DNA of 64,000 nucleotides from Octopus bimaculoides (taxonomy: Eukaryota), in contig NC_069005.1 in assembly GCF_001194135.2 (NCBI RefSeq), forward strand, positions 15,802,926 through 15,866,925, read 5' to 3'. This document shows, piece by piece, positions 11,841-25,448 of this stretch. Position 1 is the first letter of the stretch. Every line of letters starts with the position of its first letter. Below the pieces are notes generated by a model that did no database searches, was not told the DNA's origin, and saw only the letters and a program-made list of their open reading frames with translations. The position numbers were made by a program, and so were the translations under genes.

Positions 11841-12619
11841 TATTGCTTTAGATTTATAATAAAGAAAAGCTAGATATAGGAATATTGCTATACTTAGGGG
11901 TGGTCACATTTTGCCAGTTAAATACATCCACTACATGGTTGGTCTTCACTTCAGCTTTATCATTATTATTATCTTAGTCTCCTCATCAGTGACTGTTTCA
12001 TGCGTCTCCTCTTGTTCTGCTTATTCCATTTTGTCTTTCCGTGTGTGTGTGTGTAGGTGTGTATGTGTGTATAAACATAAATATAGACAGTTTTGTATTT
12101 GAATTAGTGAGGAAACAAAATAAGTAAATACAAAATCGTTTATAACTGTAAGTGTAAGGAATAAAAATAAGGAGTAAAGAACCCCTTCAGTCATGAATGA
12201 CTATGGGATTGGTTGTTTGTGGAAGACAAGCAGTCACCCATCCATACCAGTCACTCCTCTCCACGCCATCAATGTTATCAATGTTAAGGGAAAGGCACCA
12301 GTGATGTTGCAACTCATTTCTACAGCTGAGTAAACTGGAGCAACATGAAATGAAGTTGCTCAAGAACATAACAACAGCCCAGTCTGGGAATGGAACACAC
12401 AAACTCACAACTATAAGCTCAATGCTCTAACTGAGCCATGCATCTTCCAACTGTATATTGAGGTTATAAGCTATGAATATGGGGAGATGATAAGTGTCTG
12501 TACCTGAGCCTTAACACCCAAAACGTGTTTCAAATAAAAAGAAATTTACAAACAGCTACTAAAATGAAACATCTAAAAATCTCAACATTGCATCTCGTCT
12601 ACTGTCAGTTAATTGAGAA

Positions 12620-12807
12620 CTATACACTCTGTATGTGACACATCATCATCATCATCATTATTTTGTACGAAGAATGTTTCATCTTCTGCTCACATCGAGT
12701 CAGTCTTTGGATATGTTTTATCAAAAATCCATCGATCTTTCTTGGAATTTCTTCTAAAATTTTCAGTACCTCAGAAGTTGTAAAATCTATACATTTATCA
12801 TTTCTCC
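12620..12807 (-). CDS. Weak candidate terminal coding exon of an unknown gene
   Basis: After TTGCAG acceptor, open frame RNDKCIDFTTSEVLKILEEIPRKIDGFLIKHIQRLTRCEQKMKHSSYKIMMMMMMCHIQSV*. The acceptor is weak and this could be a TE remnant. Confidence 0.25.
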
Positions 12808-15129
12808 CTGCAACTATTCAGTAGTGGTGAGTTTCATTATTGAAAAATCATGGAAAATATTCATAACAGTTAAAATAGTGCAGTTTGTAAGCAGACTTTT
12901 GTAAACAGCTTAACTCTGCACTGATAACCTATCTTTATCCAGATTGAACAATCTATTTTTAGTTTGACCACATTTTATCATGGTGTCTGCAAATTCCTAC
13001 TATATTGGGAATTCAACCAAGCATCAAGTCTGAAATTCTCAGAAACAGCCTGGACAGTTTAAACCATAAATTTCCAGATGTTAGAAACAACGCTAGACTA
13101 AGTGAGGACCTAAGTTATATAAAGTTAATATAACCGAAGTTATATAAAGCTTCAAGGCCTCTTGCTTAAACTTACAGTGGATCTCACAAAAATTTAAATC
13201 ATCATCATCATCATCATTTTGATGTCCGCTTTTCCATGCTTGGATGAGTTGTACAGCGTTTACTGAGGCAGATTGTCTGTGGCTGGATGCTCTCCTGTTG
13301 CCCACCTTCACCTGTTTCCAAGCAAGGTACTATTTCTCCATGTTCAGAAATGCTTCTGCACACTATTGGAAATGAATAACTGCATGACTGAAAATGAAAA
13401 ACTTGTATGACTGACATATTTTACAATTATTATGTGCTGTCAAGACAAGGGGACACAAATACACACACACAGCCAACTTCTTTCAGTTTCCAGCTACCAA
13501 ATTCACTCACAAGTTTTATATGCTTCTAAATTGATAAATTCAGCACTAGCTGATAACAAGGAATTTTAATATCCAAGTGTTTCTTAGGGACATTATTAAA
13601 AGACAGAAAAAGAAAAACATCCACCAACAATGAACCCAAACTAGGTGGCAGGTTAGGCCTGCTAAGAACTTTCTTATATAGACATCATCATCATCATTGT
13701 TCTAACATCTACTTTTCCATGCTTGCATGGGTCAGATGAAACTTGCTAAGGTAGATTTTCTATGGCCAGAAGTCTTTCCTACCACTTCCTATTTCCAGGG
13801 TATTCAAAGCTAAATTTGAAGATATTGTATTTCTCTTTTTTCCAGGAATAGCTAGATGTATTGGTGACCAGCCAGAGACTGAAACCACAATCTTACAATC
13901 ATAAGTCTGACATCCTAACCACTAAGCCATGCATCTCCACAATTTTAGCAATGTAATAACTAAATTCCCTGGACATTACTGCCTCAAGTCCTAACAGTCA
14001 CAGGGTCACTCATGGAGGGAATGACAAGGGACTGAGACTTCTGGTGGTTTGCTGTGCTAGAGAAGACATTTATTTCAAGCTAAGTAAAATCACAGCTGTA
14101 TACAGGCATGTCCCCTGCATCTCTCTTCAGCTGACTGAGCCTAACCTTGTAAAAAAGAACCCATGCCAGTGCCAGTAAAAAAAGCACCTGTGCCAGTGCC
14201 ACATCTATGAACTGAACAAAACTGGATTTCTCATCTTTCTGTTATCTTCTACTTGTAGACTGTGGCCATGCTAGAGCATCACCTTGAAGTTTTTAGTCGA
14301 ATGTATCACCACCAGAACTTATCTTCTTTTTTTGAAAAAAGCCTGGTACTTATTCTATTGGTCTTTTCTGCCAAACTTGCTAAGTTACAGGGACATAAGC
14401 ACACATGCACCAGTTGTCATGCAGTGGTGGGGGACAAACTCAAACATTCATGTATATATATGATCGGCTTCCATCTACCAAATCCACTTATAGTTTCCAT
14501 CTACCAAATCTGCACATAAGGCTTTGGTCAGCCTGAGGCTAGAGTAGAAGACACTTGCGATGCGGTAGGACTGAACCCTGAACCATCTGGTTGGGAAACA
14601 AGCTTCTTGCCACACAACCATACCTGCGCCTATGATAATTTGATGCTTTCATAAGAAACAACAATAGAGACTAACAAACTACATGGCCATGTGTTCAACT
14701 TTCAACAATCATTGTTCTTCAGCCTTTAAATTAAGTATATGTTTAAAAACATGAGGATGATAACGTTTAGCAGCTCACCTCCATACCACTGCTATAATTT
14801 TACCAACCTATCACCTTTATCTAATGCTTAGCAACTTGTAAATGAATATTAACAAGGAAATAATTGAATAAATAAATGCATATGCATTAAAATACATCGG
14901 TATTGTTACTGCACAGACAACGTGGTTGGTGCTTAAAAACAAAATTATCAAAGACTGTGGTTATAAGTTACATAATACAGAAGCAGCCTTTTGTATATCA
15001 CCAAATTTCCATATCCAAACCACACTAGAATGGAGAGATAAAAGATGGGAAAGGAAGGAGCCATAGAGATAATGAGTGAGTCAATGCATATATAAAATAC
15101 ATGCTACATCTTTGTCTATCTTTTATATA

Positions 15130-15660
15130 TCATCATCATCATCATCATTTAACATGTTTTTCATGCTGGTATGGGTTGGATGGTTTGACAGGAACTGACA
15201 AGGCCAGAATCCACACCAGGTTCCATTGTCTGTTTTGGCTTGGTTCCTACAGCTGGGTGCCTTTCTTAACAATCAATCACTTTACAGTGTACAGAATGCT
15301 TTTTAAGTGACACCATTACCAGTACGTTTTACATGGCACCAGCACCAGTGCATTTTACGTGGAACCAGCACTTTTTTAATGTGGCACCAACACTTTTTTA
15401 TATGGACCAGCACTTTTTTTTACATGGCACTAGCACTTTTTATGTGGCACCAGCAACAGTGCTTTTTTTTACATGGAACCATCACCAGTGCTTTTTATGT
15501 GGCACCAGCACCAGTGCTTTTTATGTGGCACCAGCACCAGTGCTTTTTATGTGGCACCAGCACCACTGCTTTTTATGTGGCACCAGCACTTTTTACATAA
15601 CACCAGCAGCAATGGCTTTTTTATGCGGTACCAATCAGATGTGGTTATACACCACTGGTC
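15130..15660 (-). mobile_element. RTE-like LINE 3' tail with an expanded 26-bp minisatellite (~15320-15600)
   Basis: CATCAT tail at ~15130; about ten tandem CCAGTGCTTTTTATGTGGCACCAGCA units. Confidence 0.85.
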
Positions 15661-16491
15661 AGAATGTGCTTCCTTGCATTGTTATAGCCTTCAAAAGATG
15701 CCACCCTGCTGCTTGGGTGGTAATACAACATTCCCCTAGAACAGGATGTCATTCCATCCCAGGATCCCTATTTACAGCTGAGTGAAATGAAGTGTTTAGC
15801 TTGAAAATGCAATGCACCACCAGCCTGGAAATTGAAACCATGGTCTTGCAATCATGAGTACAACACCTTAATGAGTAAGCAATGTACCTTTATACACACA
15901 CACGGGCACACACATATATATTTATATTACATACATAGTTGCAAGATGGAAAGATGATATATGTAGTAAAGAATGCAGGTTTGTTCTTAAATATTTTGTG
16001 TATCTAGTATAGTAGTTATTAACCAAAAGCTTAGTTAAATTTAACTAAATACCAACAATTTTAAAATTCAGAAGGTACCACTGTGCACCAAAAATATATT
16101 ATTTAGACCAAAAATTTTTATAAAAAAAAAAGAAAAAATTCAATAACAAAATGAGAAATCATGTTGATTTTCCTACAAGCACGCCGGATACATTTTCCTC
16201 AGGCTTTGAAGTTGTTTACCATTTTTGGTAACAGAAACTTCTAAGATGTTCCAACTAAAATTTTGATTCTTTTTTTTTTTTATACTTTTACTATTTCAGT
16301 CATTGGACCATGGTCATGCTGGGGCACTGCCTTGAATGGTTTTTAGTCAGTCATAATAACCCCAGTATTTATTTCAGTCTGGTGCATATTTTATTGATCT
16401 CTATTTGTTGGATTGCTATATAACGGAACATAAAGGAACACAGTATAAACAAAACTGGTTTCAAACAGTTGAAAGCTGAAACAGACACATA

Positions 16492-17514
16492 TGAAAGGTT
16501 CATAGGCTGACTATGAAGGAGTGATACTAGTGTTGCGAAATCTTGTATGCATTAATTTCAACATTTCTTATTAATAGCTGCATTGTTTCTTTCCCAGTAA
16601 ACTGACACCTCACTCTTTAAAGAAGACTTTAAAAGTACTAGTGGTGACTTTTCCTGAAAATGGACAAACTTTAGTATCATGATGTTATCAAGTACCTACA
16701 GAAAAAGGGTTTAGCCCTCAACAACATTCATACTAACATTGTCGCTACATTAGGGGATGATGCTCCAGCTTTATCAACAGTGCAAAAGTGGGCAGCTGAA
16801 TTTGGGAGGGGAAGACAAAGTCTTGAAGATACCCACCAAGGAAAACATTGATTATGCTATGCTCATGACATGGAAGACAGGTGACTGACTATAAATCAAA
16901 TAGTCAATGCTGTTAGTATATCCTGTGAGAGAGTTCAAAATATTCTGCACAATGAACTTGACATGACAAAGGTGTTTCTGACACCTAATCAAAAGCATGC
17001 CAGGCTGATAACATCACAGGAAAATCTGACGTTGTTTGAGACAGATTCAACTGGTTTCCTTGAATGTTTCCAAACCAAAGATAAGTGTTGAGTTCATCAC
17101 TTTGAGCCACAGACAAAATGACAATCCATGCAGTGGATTGTTTCGTCAGGACAATGCTTGAGCACACAAGTCCTTCATTTCAATGGCTTCTGTGCATAAA
17201 TGTGGTTTTGAACTGCTTGAACACCCTCCCTATTCTCCTGATCTCACCCCATATGATTATCATCTGTTTCCCAACATGAAAAAACATGGCTGAGAACCAG
17301 TATCACAATGATAATGACATCATATCTATTGTTGATGACTTCTTTGACCAACAACAAAAAAGCTTCTGCAACAAAGGGATTCAGGCACTGCAACACCAAT
17401 GGAAGAAATGTGTGGACAGCAAAAGGGATTATGTTGAAAAATAGACCTCATTTGGTCACATTCCATGAGAGAATCTTTGTCAGCCGATGAACTTTACAAC
17501 CAATCCGACCCTCA
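16492..17514 (+). mobile_element. mariner DNA transposon, internally deleted and degenerate
   Basis: TA flanks; TIR remnants AAGGTTCATAGGCTGAC / GTCAGCCGATGAACTT...CCCTCA; peptides MDKL*YHDVIKYLQKKGL...TVQKWAAEFGRGRQSLED and HPPYSPDLTPYDYHLFPNMKK. Confidence 0.9.
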
Positions 17515-17525
17515 TATATACATAT

Positions 17526-17568
<43 letters not shown>

Positions 17569-17668
17569 TTTAATGATAATAAAAGGGTAAAATTAATCAA
17601 GTAATTAATTAATAATTTTACCAAGTAGTTCGGTATGTTAAAATAACTTTTTAGGTAAAATTATACAA

Positions 17669-17737
17669 ATATTCTATAATTATAAACATAATTATAGCTT
17701 CCCCCTGGTTATAATTATGTTTATAATTATAGAATAT
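17669..17737. repeat. 30-bp-arm hairpin, 9-nt loop
   Basis: ATATTCTATAATTATAAACATAATTATAGC / GTTATAATTATGTTTATAATTATAGAATAT, one G·T mismatch. Confidence 0.9.
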
Positions 17738-18084
17738 AATTATATATATATATATATATATATAGGCGTGGCTGTGTTGTAAGAAGCTTGTTTCCCAACC
17801 ACTTGGTTCTGGGTTCAGTCCCACAGCATGGCACCTTGGGCAAGTGTCTTCTACTATAGCTTTGGATTGACCAAAGCCTTGCGAGTGGATTTGGTAGACA
17901 GAAACTGAAAGAAATCTGTCGTATATGTGTGTGTCTTTGAGTCTGTGTTTGTCTCCTTATCACAGTTTGACAACCAGTGTTGGTGTGTTTACATCCCTGT
18001 AACTTAAGTCCCGAAGTTGCTCCAGCATGGCTGCAGTCAAATGACTGAAACAAGTAAATGAATAAAAGAAAAAAAATATATATA

Positions 18085-19178
18085 TACTACATATGTGGAA
18101 AATCAGTGTGTGTTTGTTTGTGGCGTTGTTAGCTAACTCCTCCTACATTGTTTTATTGATTTTGATGAAACTTGACACGTGTGTAGAACTCATGTCTGGA
18201 AACCTCATGACATACTTAGATTGTTGAAAAAAATCGATAATACGGCCCCTGGAAGTGACATTTATATCTACCTCATATACCTATTTTTTTTAAGCACCCA
18301 AGGGAAATAACTCATAGCATCTGAACAATATTTTTTTTAAAACGCTCAAGGGAAATAACTCATTTCATTGATTATGTTCTATTACTTTGAATATTGATTT
18401 TTTCTGTGTTCTATTTCTAAGTTTTGCAGACAATATCACTTTTATACTTTATTTGACACGTGAGTAGAATTCATGTCTGGAAACCTCGTGCCATACTTAG
18501 ATATTTGAAAAAAAATTGATATTAGGGCCCTTCCAATGGATCCTTCTATCTACTACATATTACTAATATTTTATTTAAACAACACAAGGGAAATAACCCA
18601 TACCGCCTGCAGATTTAAGCAAAGCAATCAATATTTGATTCTCACGATCAGCCGACCTAATTCTGCATTTCACTACTCACAGTTTTGAACTGTTAAACAT
18701 TATTATTGCACTTCCTAAATTTGAATCTTAAACCTTAAAGACTTCATTCATACATTTCTATACATAACATACTTTTTTGAATAACCATTACTCCGATAAT
18801 TCTGTATTTTTACAGTTACACATTCTCCATGACAGTAGATAAATTTTTTATTCCACAACGTATTTGTAGTGGCTTCATGCAGGCATAGCGTGGATTCGAT
18901 CCTCAATTGTCAAATTTCACTTAACACTTCAACAGCGCTTTTCTCACTATAAAACAAGAGTTTTTCTGTGAATGACAGTAGTTATACATTTCCCAGATGC
19001 CTTCGATAAGCAGAATAATGTCTCTGCCTCTCGTCAACCTCTGAAAACCTCTCTTGCCAACCTCCAACAATCTCTCCCGCCTCCAGCTGACAGTTTTTTG
19101 TACTTTTTCATGATGGAAAATATACCTTTTGTGGCAGTTATAACGAAATTGCTTTCTTATATCAGGTACACCAGCTAG
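18085..19178 (+). mobile_element. Probable non-autonomous Helitron-like element with an internal ~200-bp duplication
   Basis: 5' microsatellite-like GTGTGTTTGTTTG then GATTTTGATGAAACTTGACAC; ends ...GGTACACCAGCTAG|T (CTAG terminus before T); GACACGTG.GTAGAA.TCATGTCTGGAAACCTC block occurs twice (~18175 and ~18455). Confidence 0.45.
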
Positions 19179-19209
19179 TATATATATATATATATATATA
19201 TAATGTATT

Positions 19210-19600
19210 GTTCTGTGACAGAAAGATCAACAAAAAAAAGTACTCCCTTTTGCCTTAATATAAAAACTAACATAGGTAAAAGATTCCTATTTCTTCTAGA
19301 CAAACACTTTCCAGCAACTCACAGATACAGGAAAATATTTATTAAGTTTTCTGTGAAGTTATCATATAACTACTGCTCCAGTATGGAGAGTATCATTACA
19401 CGTGGTCAATACCTAGAACTTAAATCCAGCTGTAACTGTCATGACCCAGGGTCCTGTCCATTTGACCCACAATGTATGATTAAATCTGTCATATATAAGG
19501 CAGAAGTTACTGCGACACTTAATGATAATGCAACAGATAAGAAAGGCTTACATTGGATTATGTGAAGGAGAATTTGAAAATTGCTTTGCCAATCACATTA
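19210..19600 (+). mobile_element. Second PLE fragment (RT thumb to GIY-YIG linker), same group as 6600-9065
   Basis: PFCLNIKTNIGKRFLFLLDKHFPATHRYRKIF...SCNCHDPGSCPFDPQCMIKSVIYKAEV aligns with the minus-strand PLE peptide. Confidence 0.85.
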
Positions 19601-20434
19601 TACAGACATATATATGGTGAATGAAAGACAGAAGATGGAATCTATGAGAATTTTTATAAATCACAACAATTGTTTTGACACATCTAGCATCGATCCCTTA
19701 TGGATGGGATATTTAACAACTGGTTCAGCAGCATCCGGTAGAGCAGATGTGTCTCATTGGGTGATAAATAGATACAACTCATATATATATATATATACCT
19801 ATATATGAACAGCAGGCTCAAAGTGAATGGAAACAATGAAAGAGAGAGACCAAGAAAGACTCGGGATGAAATGGTGAAAACTGATCTCAAACATATCGCA
19901 TCTCATGGAGGAGGTGATAAAGCAATAATGCGGACTGGCGATGTTTTTGGAGAAGATCTGACTGCAGCAGACACAACCAGTAGCGCAAGCTTGTCACAAA
20001 ACACTGGTAGTGATGCAGACTGAGATAATACATATGTTTGTACATATATGTTTGAGAATGTATGAGGTCTGTTGGTAACTGGAACGAGGGTTCAAGTTGT
20101 TCTGATCAACTGAACAGCCACTTTGTGAAATTAACGTGCTAGTGGATGAGCACATCATAGATATGTGTACCCTTAATAAAGTTCTCAGGGAGATTCAACA
20201 TGACAGACTGTAACTAGGTTGGCTCTTTGAATTACAGGTACAACTTATTTTTGTCAGCTTAGTTGACTGGAGCAACATGAAATAGAGTGTCTTGCTCAAG
20301 GTCACAACATGCTGCTGAGAATCGACCTCATGACTGAGCCAATTAAATGCCAGACAAGAGTAGGGACATTTTTCAGTGCTAAAAATTTTGGCAAAAATCA
20401 TATAATCCATACTGAAATAGAACAAGTCATTAAA

Positions 20435-20510
<76 letters not shown>

Positions 20511-20529
20511 CATATATATATTCACTCAC

Positions 20530-20619
20530 CGATTCAGATTCTTGGAGCTTCATTTCTAGTCGTTCAACGTTTTCTTCAAGTTGGTTATTTTTTAAAGTTG
20601 TATCCAACAACTCTGATTC
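20530..20619 (-). CDS. Candidate internal coding exon, phase 0-0, coiled-coil-like peptide, unknown gene
   Basis: TTTCCAATTTTTACAG| acceptor, 90 nt open: ESELLDTTLKNNQLEENVERLEMKLQESES, then |GTGAGT consensus donor; non-repetitive context. Confidence 0.6.
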
Positions 20620-22396
20620 CTGTAAAAATTGGAAAGGTAAACAAAGAACATAAGATAATTCATTTTTAACAATTGAACTTGAAGTAGATAAAGCTATACA
20701 TAACAGTACATAAATATTGAATTAAAATAATCATTTTGAATAGAAAATGTTGAAGGCTGCTCATGCGAGATAAAGATTTGGTTTTGCTTTGGTTTTCTCT
20801 CACCTTAATTCTTGGAATTTCAAAGATTCTTTAGACCCTTTGTCAAAGAGTTTCTCTTGAAATCTCAATAAATCATGATAATGATATAATTTACTATTTC
20901 TCTACTACTTGTTTCAGCCATTAGACTGTAACCATGCTTGGTCACTGCCTTGAAGAAGTTTTAATTGAATGAATAGACCCCAGCACTAATTTGGGTTTTT
21001 TTAAAGCCTGGTACTTATTCTGTCACTCTCTTTGTCAAACTGCTAAGTTACGGGGAAATAAACAAACCAACAGTGGTTGTCAAGAAGTGGTAGGGGACAA
21101 ATACTGACACAAAAACATACAGAAGCACACACACACACACACACACACATGATGGGCTTCTTTCAGCTTCCATCTACCAAATCCACTAACAAGGCTTTGG
21201 TTGGCTGAGAGTTATAGTCTTTTATTCTTTTACTTGTTTCAGTCATTTGACTGCAGTCATGCTGGAGCACTGCTTTTAGTCAAACAAGTCGACCCCACGA
21301 CTTATTCTTTGTAAGCCTAGTACTTATTCTATCAGTTTCTTTTGCCAAATTGCTAAATTACAGGGATGTAAACAAACCAACATCAGTTGTCAAGTGATGG
21401 TGGACACACACACACACACACACACACACGCATATATATATACAATGGGCTTCTTCCAGTTTCCATCTAACAAATCCACTCACAAGGTTTTGGTCAGCCC
21501 GAGGCCATAGTAGAAGACACTTGCCCAAGGTGCCACAGTGTGACTGAACCCAGAACCATGTGGTTGGTAAGCAAGCTACTTACCACACATGCTATAATAG
21601 AAGATACTTGCCCAAGGTGCCATACAGTGGGACTGAACCTGGAACCATGTGGTTGAGAAGAAAATTTCTTACCACCCAACCACATACTGTTTTTTTATTT
21701 TTTACAATTAATTTAAAAAATAATGAACCATGCTAACTTATATTGGAACCTCGAGCAGCTCTCCAGCTTACTAGTTTTCAGTTAAACTGTCCAACCCATG
21801 CCAGCATGGAAAACGGATGCTAAATGATGATGATGATGATGATGAATATAATAAAATAATTTTGTCATCACTAATCCAATGTTTGGAACATAAATTAGCA
21901 TCAAATTTTAATGGGAAGTTCTAATTTTGAACAATTTTAAACAGGAAGTCTGTACCACAGGTTTAAGAGCAGTCTCAAGCAGGTTGGTATGAAAAAGGTA
22001 AAATCAAAAGGAATTTGTAGTATAATAAATTTATCATCTGGCAACATTAGGAAATATTACAACAATATTGAATATTGCAATACTGAAAGACAGTAAATAT
22101 AAAAAACATCAAAGCAATAAATTGTGATAGAAATATGGTAAGATAGGTTGATTGGCTGAGTTTTAAGAGTGTCAGACAGAACACATTGTGATGTTTGTTC
22201 TGATTTTCAGCATTCTGAGTTCAATTCCCATCAAGATAAACCCTACCTTTTTAAAGAAGAATAGGTGGTTAAGTCAAGCAATAATTTAAGTGAAGTCTAC
22301 CATTTAGGAACTCAAAACATAAAAAATCTGAAACAAGTATCATAAGATGTCCCATCATATTATCACCCACATCACTGCTCTACCAGCTCATTGTCT

Positions 22397-22429
<33 letters not shown>

Positions 22430-22433
<4 letters not shown>

Positions 22434-23240
22434 GTTTCAAATTATGGCACAAGGTCAGTAATTCTGAGGGATGGATAAGCCAATTACATTAACACAAGTG
22501 TTCAACTGGTACTTATTTTATTGACCCCGAAAAGATGAAAGGCAAAGTAGACCTTGGCAGATTAGAATTCAGAATGTAAAGATGGATGAAATACTGCTAA
22601 GTGTTTTGTCTGGGGTGCTAACGATTCTGCCAGCTTAACACCTTAATAATGATAATAATAGTTTCAAATTTTGCCACAAGGGCAACCATTTTGGAGGAGG
22701 GGATTAGTCGATTACATTAGCCCCAGTGCTTCACTGGTACTTAATTTATCAACCCTGAAAGGATGAAAGGCAAAGGCAACCTCAGTGGAATTCGAACTCA
22801 GACCATAGCAATAAGTGAAATACCACTAATAATTCTTTCTGCTCTAGGTACAAGCCCAAAACTCTGGGGAAGGGGACTAGTCAATTACATTGATCCCAGT
22901 GTTAAACTGGTACTTAATTTTATAGACCCTTGAAAGAATGAAAGGCAAAGTTGATCTGAACAGAATTTGAACTCAGAATGTAAATCCAGAAGAAATGCTG
23001 CTAAGCATATTGCCTGACATGCTCATGGTTCTTGCCAGCTTTTACTGCCCTTTAGATATTGGTTTCAAATTTTGGCACCACCAATATTAAAAGGATGAAA
23101 CAAGTTGATTACATTGACCCCAGTGTTCAACTGGGACTTATTTTATTGATCCGAAAAGAATGAATGGTAAAAATCAACCTTGGCAGAATTTGAATTCAGA
23201 ATGTTTTCCAGCCAGAGGAAATGCAGCTAAGCATTTTTGC
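22430..23240 (-). mobile_element. Tandem array of four SINE family B copies
   Basis: Four repeats of ACTGGTACTTA.TTTAT.GACCC.GAAAG.ATGAAAGGCAAAG...GAATTTGAACTCAGA, partly separated by (AAT)n. Confidence 0.8.
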
Positions 23241-24157
23241 CTTAATAATACAAAAAAAAAAAAAAAGTAAGAAAACAATCCCAATCACTTTTATAGAAAT
23301 TGATTGTCTTAACTATAAACGACTACAAATAAAAATAAAGAGGAAAAACCCAGTAAATTAGCATTAACTAACAAGCTATTTTCCCCAATAACTACTTCAG
23401 GATTATATAAAAAGGAAATTCAGGATATCTGACAGTTTAGAATGAAACCAAATTAATTAGATACTGAAGCAATAAATCTCTGAAAGTTTTATCGTTTACA
23501 AATGAAAAGCTTTTTCTTCCTTTTTTCTTTTGTTTTGGCTTTGTTGTTTGTTTGATATTTCCATTCTGCTGCTGCCATCTACCTATCTAATTGGTGTTTG
23601 AATAAGGTTTCATATTTAGATACAGTTCAGTATGTTAGTAAATTGGTTATTGTTTATTAGCAATAAATTTATTTTGCCTTGGCAAAAAGCTAAATGTTGT
23701 GGAGGGATGAGAAGAGACAAATCAACCCCAAATGTCTTACTGGTATTCATTATTATCAGTCAAGCCTCATGAAATGAAAAGTCCTTTTATTTCCTTTTAT
23801 TCAAAATTTTTTTTTTTTTTAGGCTGTGTCAGGTTCAGTCCCACAGTATGGCACCTTGGGCAAGTGTCTTCTCTTATAGCCTCAGGCCAACCAAAGCCTT
23901 GCGAGTGAATTTAGTAGACAGAAACTGAAAGAAGCCCGTTGTATTATATGTCTCTGTGTATGTGTGTGTGTCTTTGTGTTCGTATTTGTCCCTCCATCAC
24001 TGCTTGACAACAGGTGTTAGTGTGTTTATGTCCCTGTACATATTTTGTTTTTATGTATGGTACTTATTGTATTGGTCTCTTTTGTTTTGCAGAACCACAA
24101 AGCTATGGGGATGTAAAAAAACTCAGCATCAGTTGTCAAGAGATGGAGGAGAGGCAT

Positions 24158-24214
<57 letters not shown>

Positions 24215-25448
24215 GGGCTTCCACATAATTTCCATGTACCAAGTTCCCTCACAAGGCATTGATCAATCAAGGGCTATAGAGTATAAGATACTTTCCTAAT
24301 CAGTGCAGAGTGGGACTGAACCCAAACCTATGTGGTTGCAAAGCGAGCTTCTTAGTCACACCACTGATTTGTGATATGCATGCTCTGGTTCTTAATAATA
24401 TCAATAAGTATCAATGAATGATAGATTTGGGATTTCAGAAGTTTTTAATGAACTGGAGAGAAATGAACTAAATAGAAGCATAGCATCAGTCATTCATTCT
24501 GCTAGAAACAGCAACCAAATTTCCCTGAAACCACACTTTATTATCTTAAACAAGGGAGAATACATTACATAAAAATATTCCTTAATATCCCTAAAAAACG
24601 GGATGGTCATGACTGAAATTCTTTTGATTATAAGTCTACTGAATCAGAGTTGATCTGAAACCAAGGAACAACTTGGAGAGCTTTTACATGGTTGTTTAAT
24701 TTGCTAGAGATAGCAGCCAAATTTCCATCAAGCCACACTTTACTACCTTAAACAAGAAAGAAAGCATAAGTTAATGCATTCTCACATATTACTGCAATGA
24801 TGGGATGGTTACAACTGGAATGGTTCTCATCATAGGTTTTTAGGGTTTTTTAAAATTATATATGTTTTTCTTTTTCCCAATCAAAGCTGATTAGAAGTAA
24901 CAAAACAACATAGCAGCCATTAATTTTTCTAGTAAAAAAAAAAATGGCTGGTACTGACCTCCACAAAAGGATGAAAAGCATAGTCAACTTTGGCAGAATT
25001 TGAACTCTGAACAGGAAGAGCCAGAAGCTATGTTACTCTGCATTTTGCTAACAATTTAAAACAAAATGTTCTGATCTTTGATCTTTCAAGCATGTTTGTT
25101 GCTGAGAGGAAATAATATTTTGTTGGATCTGTCTCTTGTTAAAACATCAAGTGGTTACCTCAGGATAGAGATCTAAGACATTAAGTAAAGTAACCCAGTC
25201 ACAAAATTTCAGACCATTTCACAACACCACTCATCTAGAAAAAGCCCCTAGCATACAATGATCAAAAGAAAATCAATAGGAAACATATGTTGAAATTGCC
25301 TTTGCTTGTAAAGATCTGAAATAGTTGCTTCTCTGTAATGATTTGGACATAAAAAAAATTAAATAAAATTAAAAAAATAAAATGTGTGATTATTCTGCTC
25401 TAAGGAATGAAAATCTCAAGTGCTGTTCAGTCATAGATAATTCCTTAA

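Noticed and set aside
15320-15600. CRISPR-like regular repeat (also 48233-48455)
   Set aside because: Units are contiguous with no unique spacers, derive from a LINE 3' UTR, and the DNA is eukaryotic with no cas genes.
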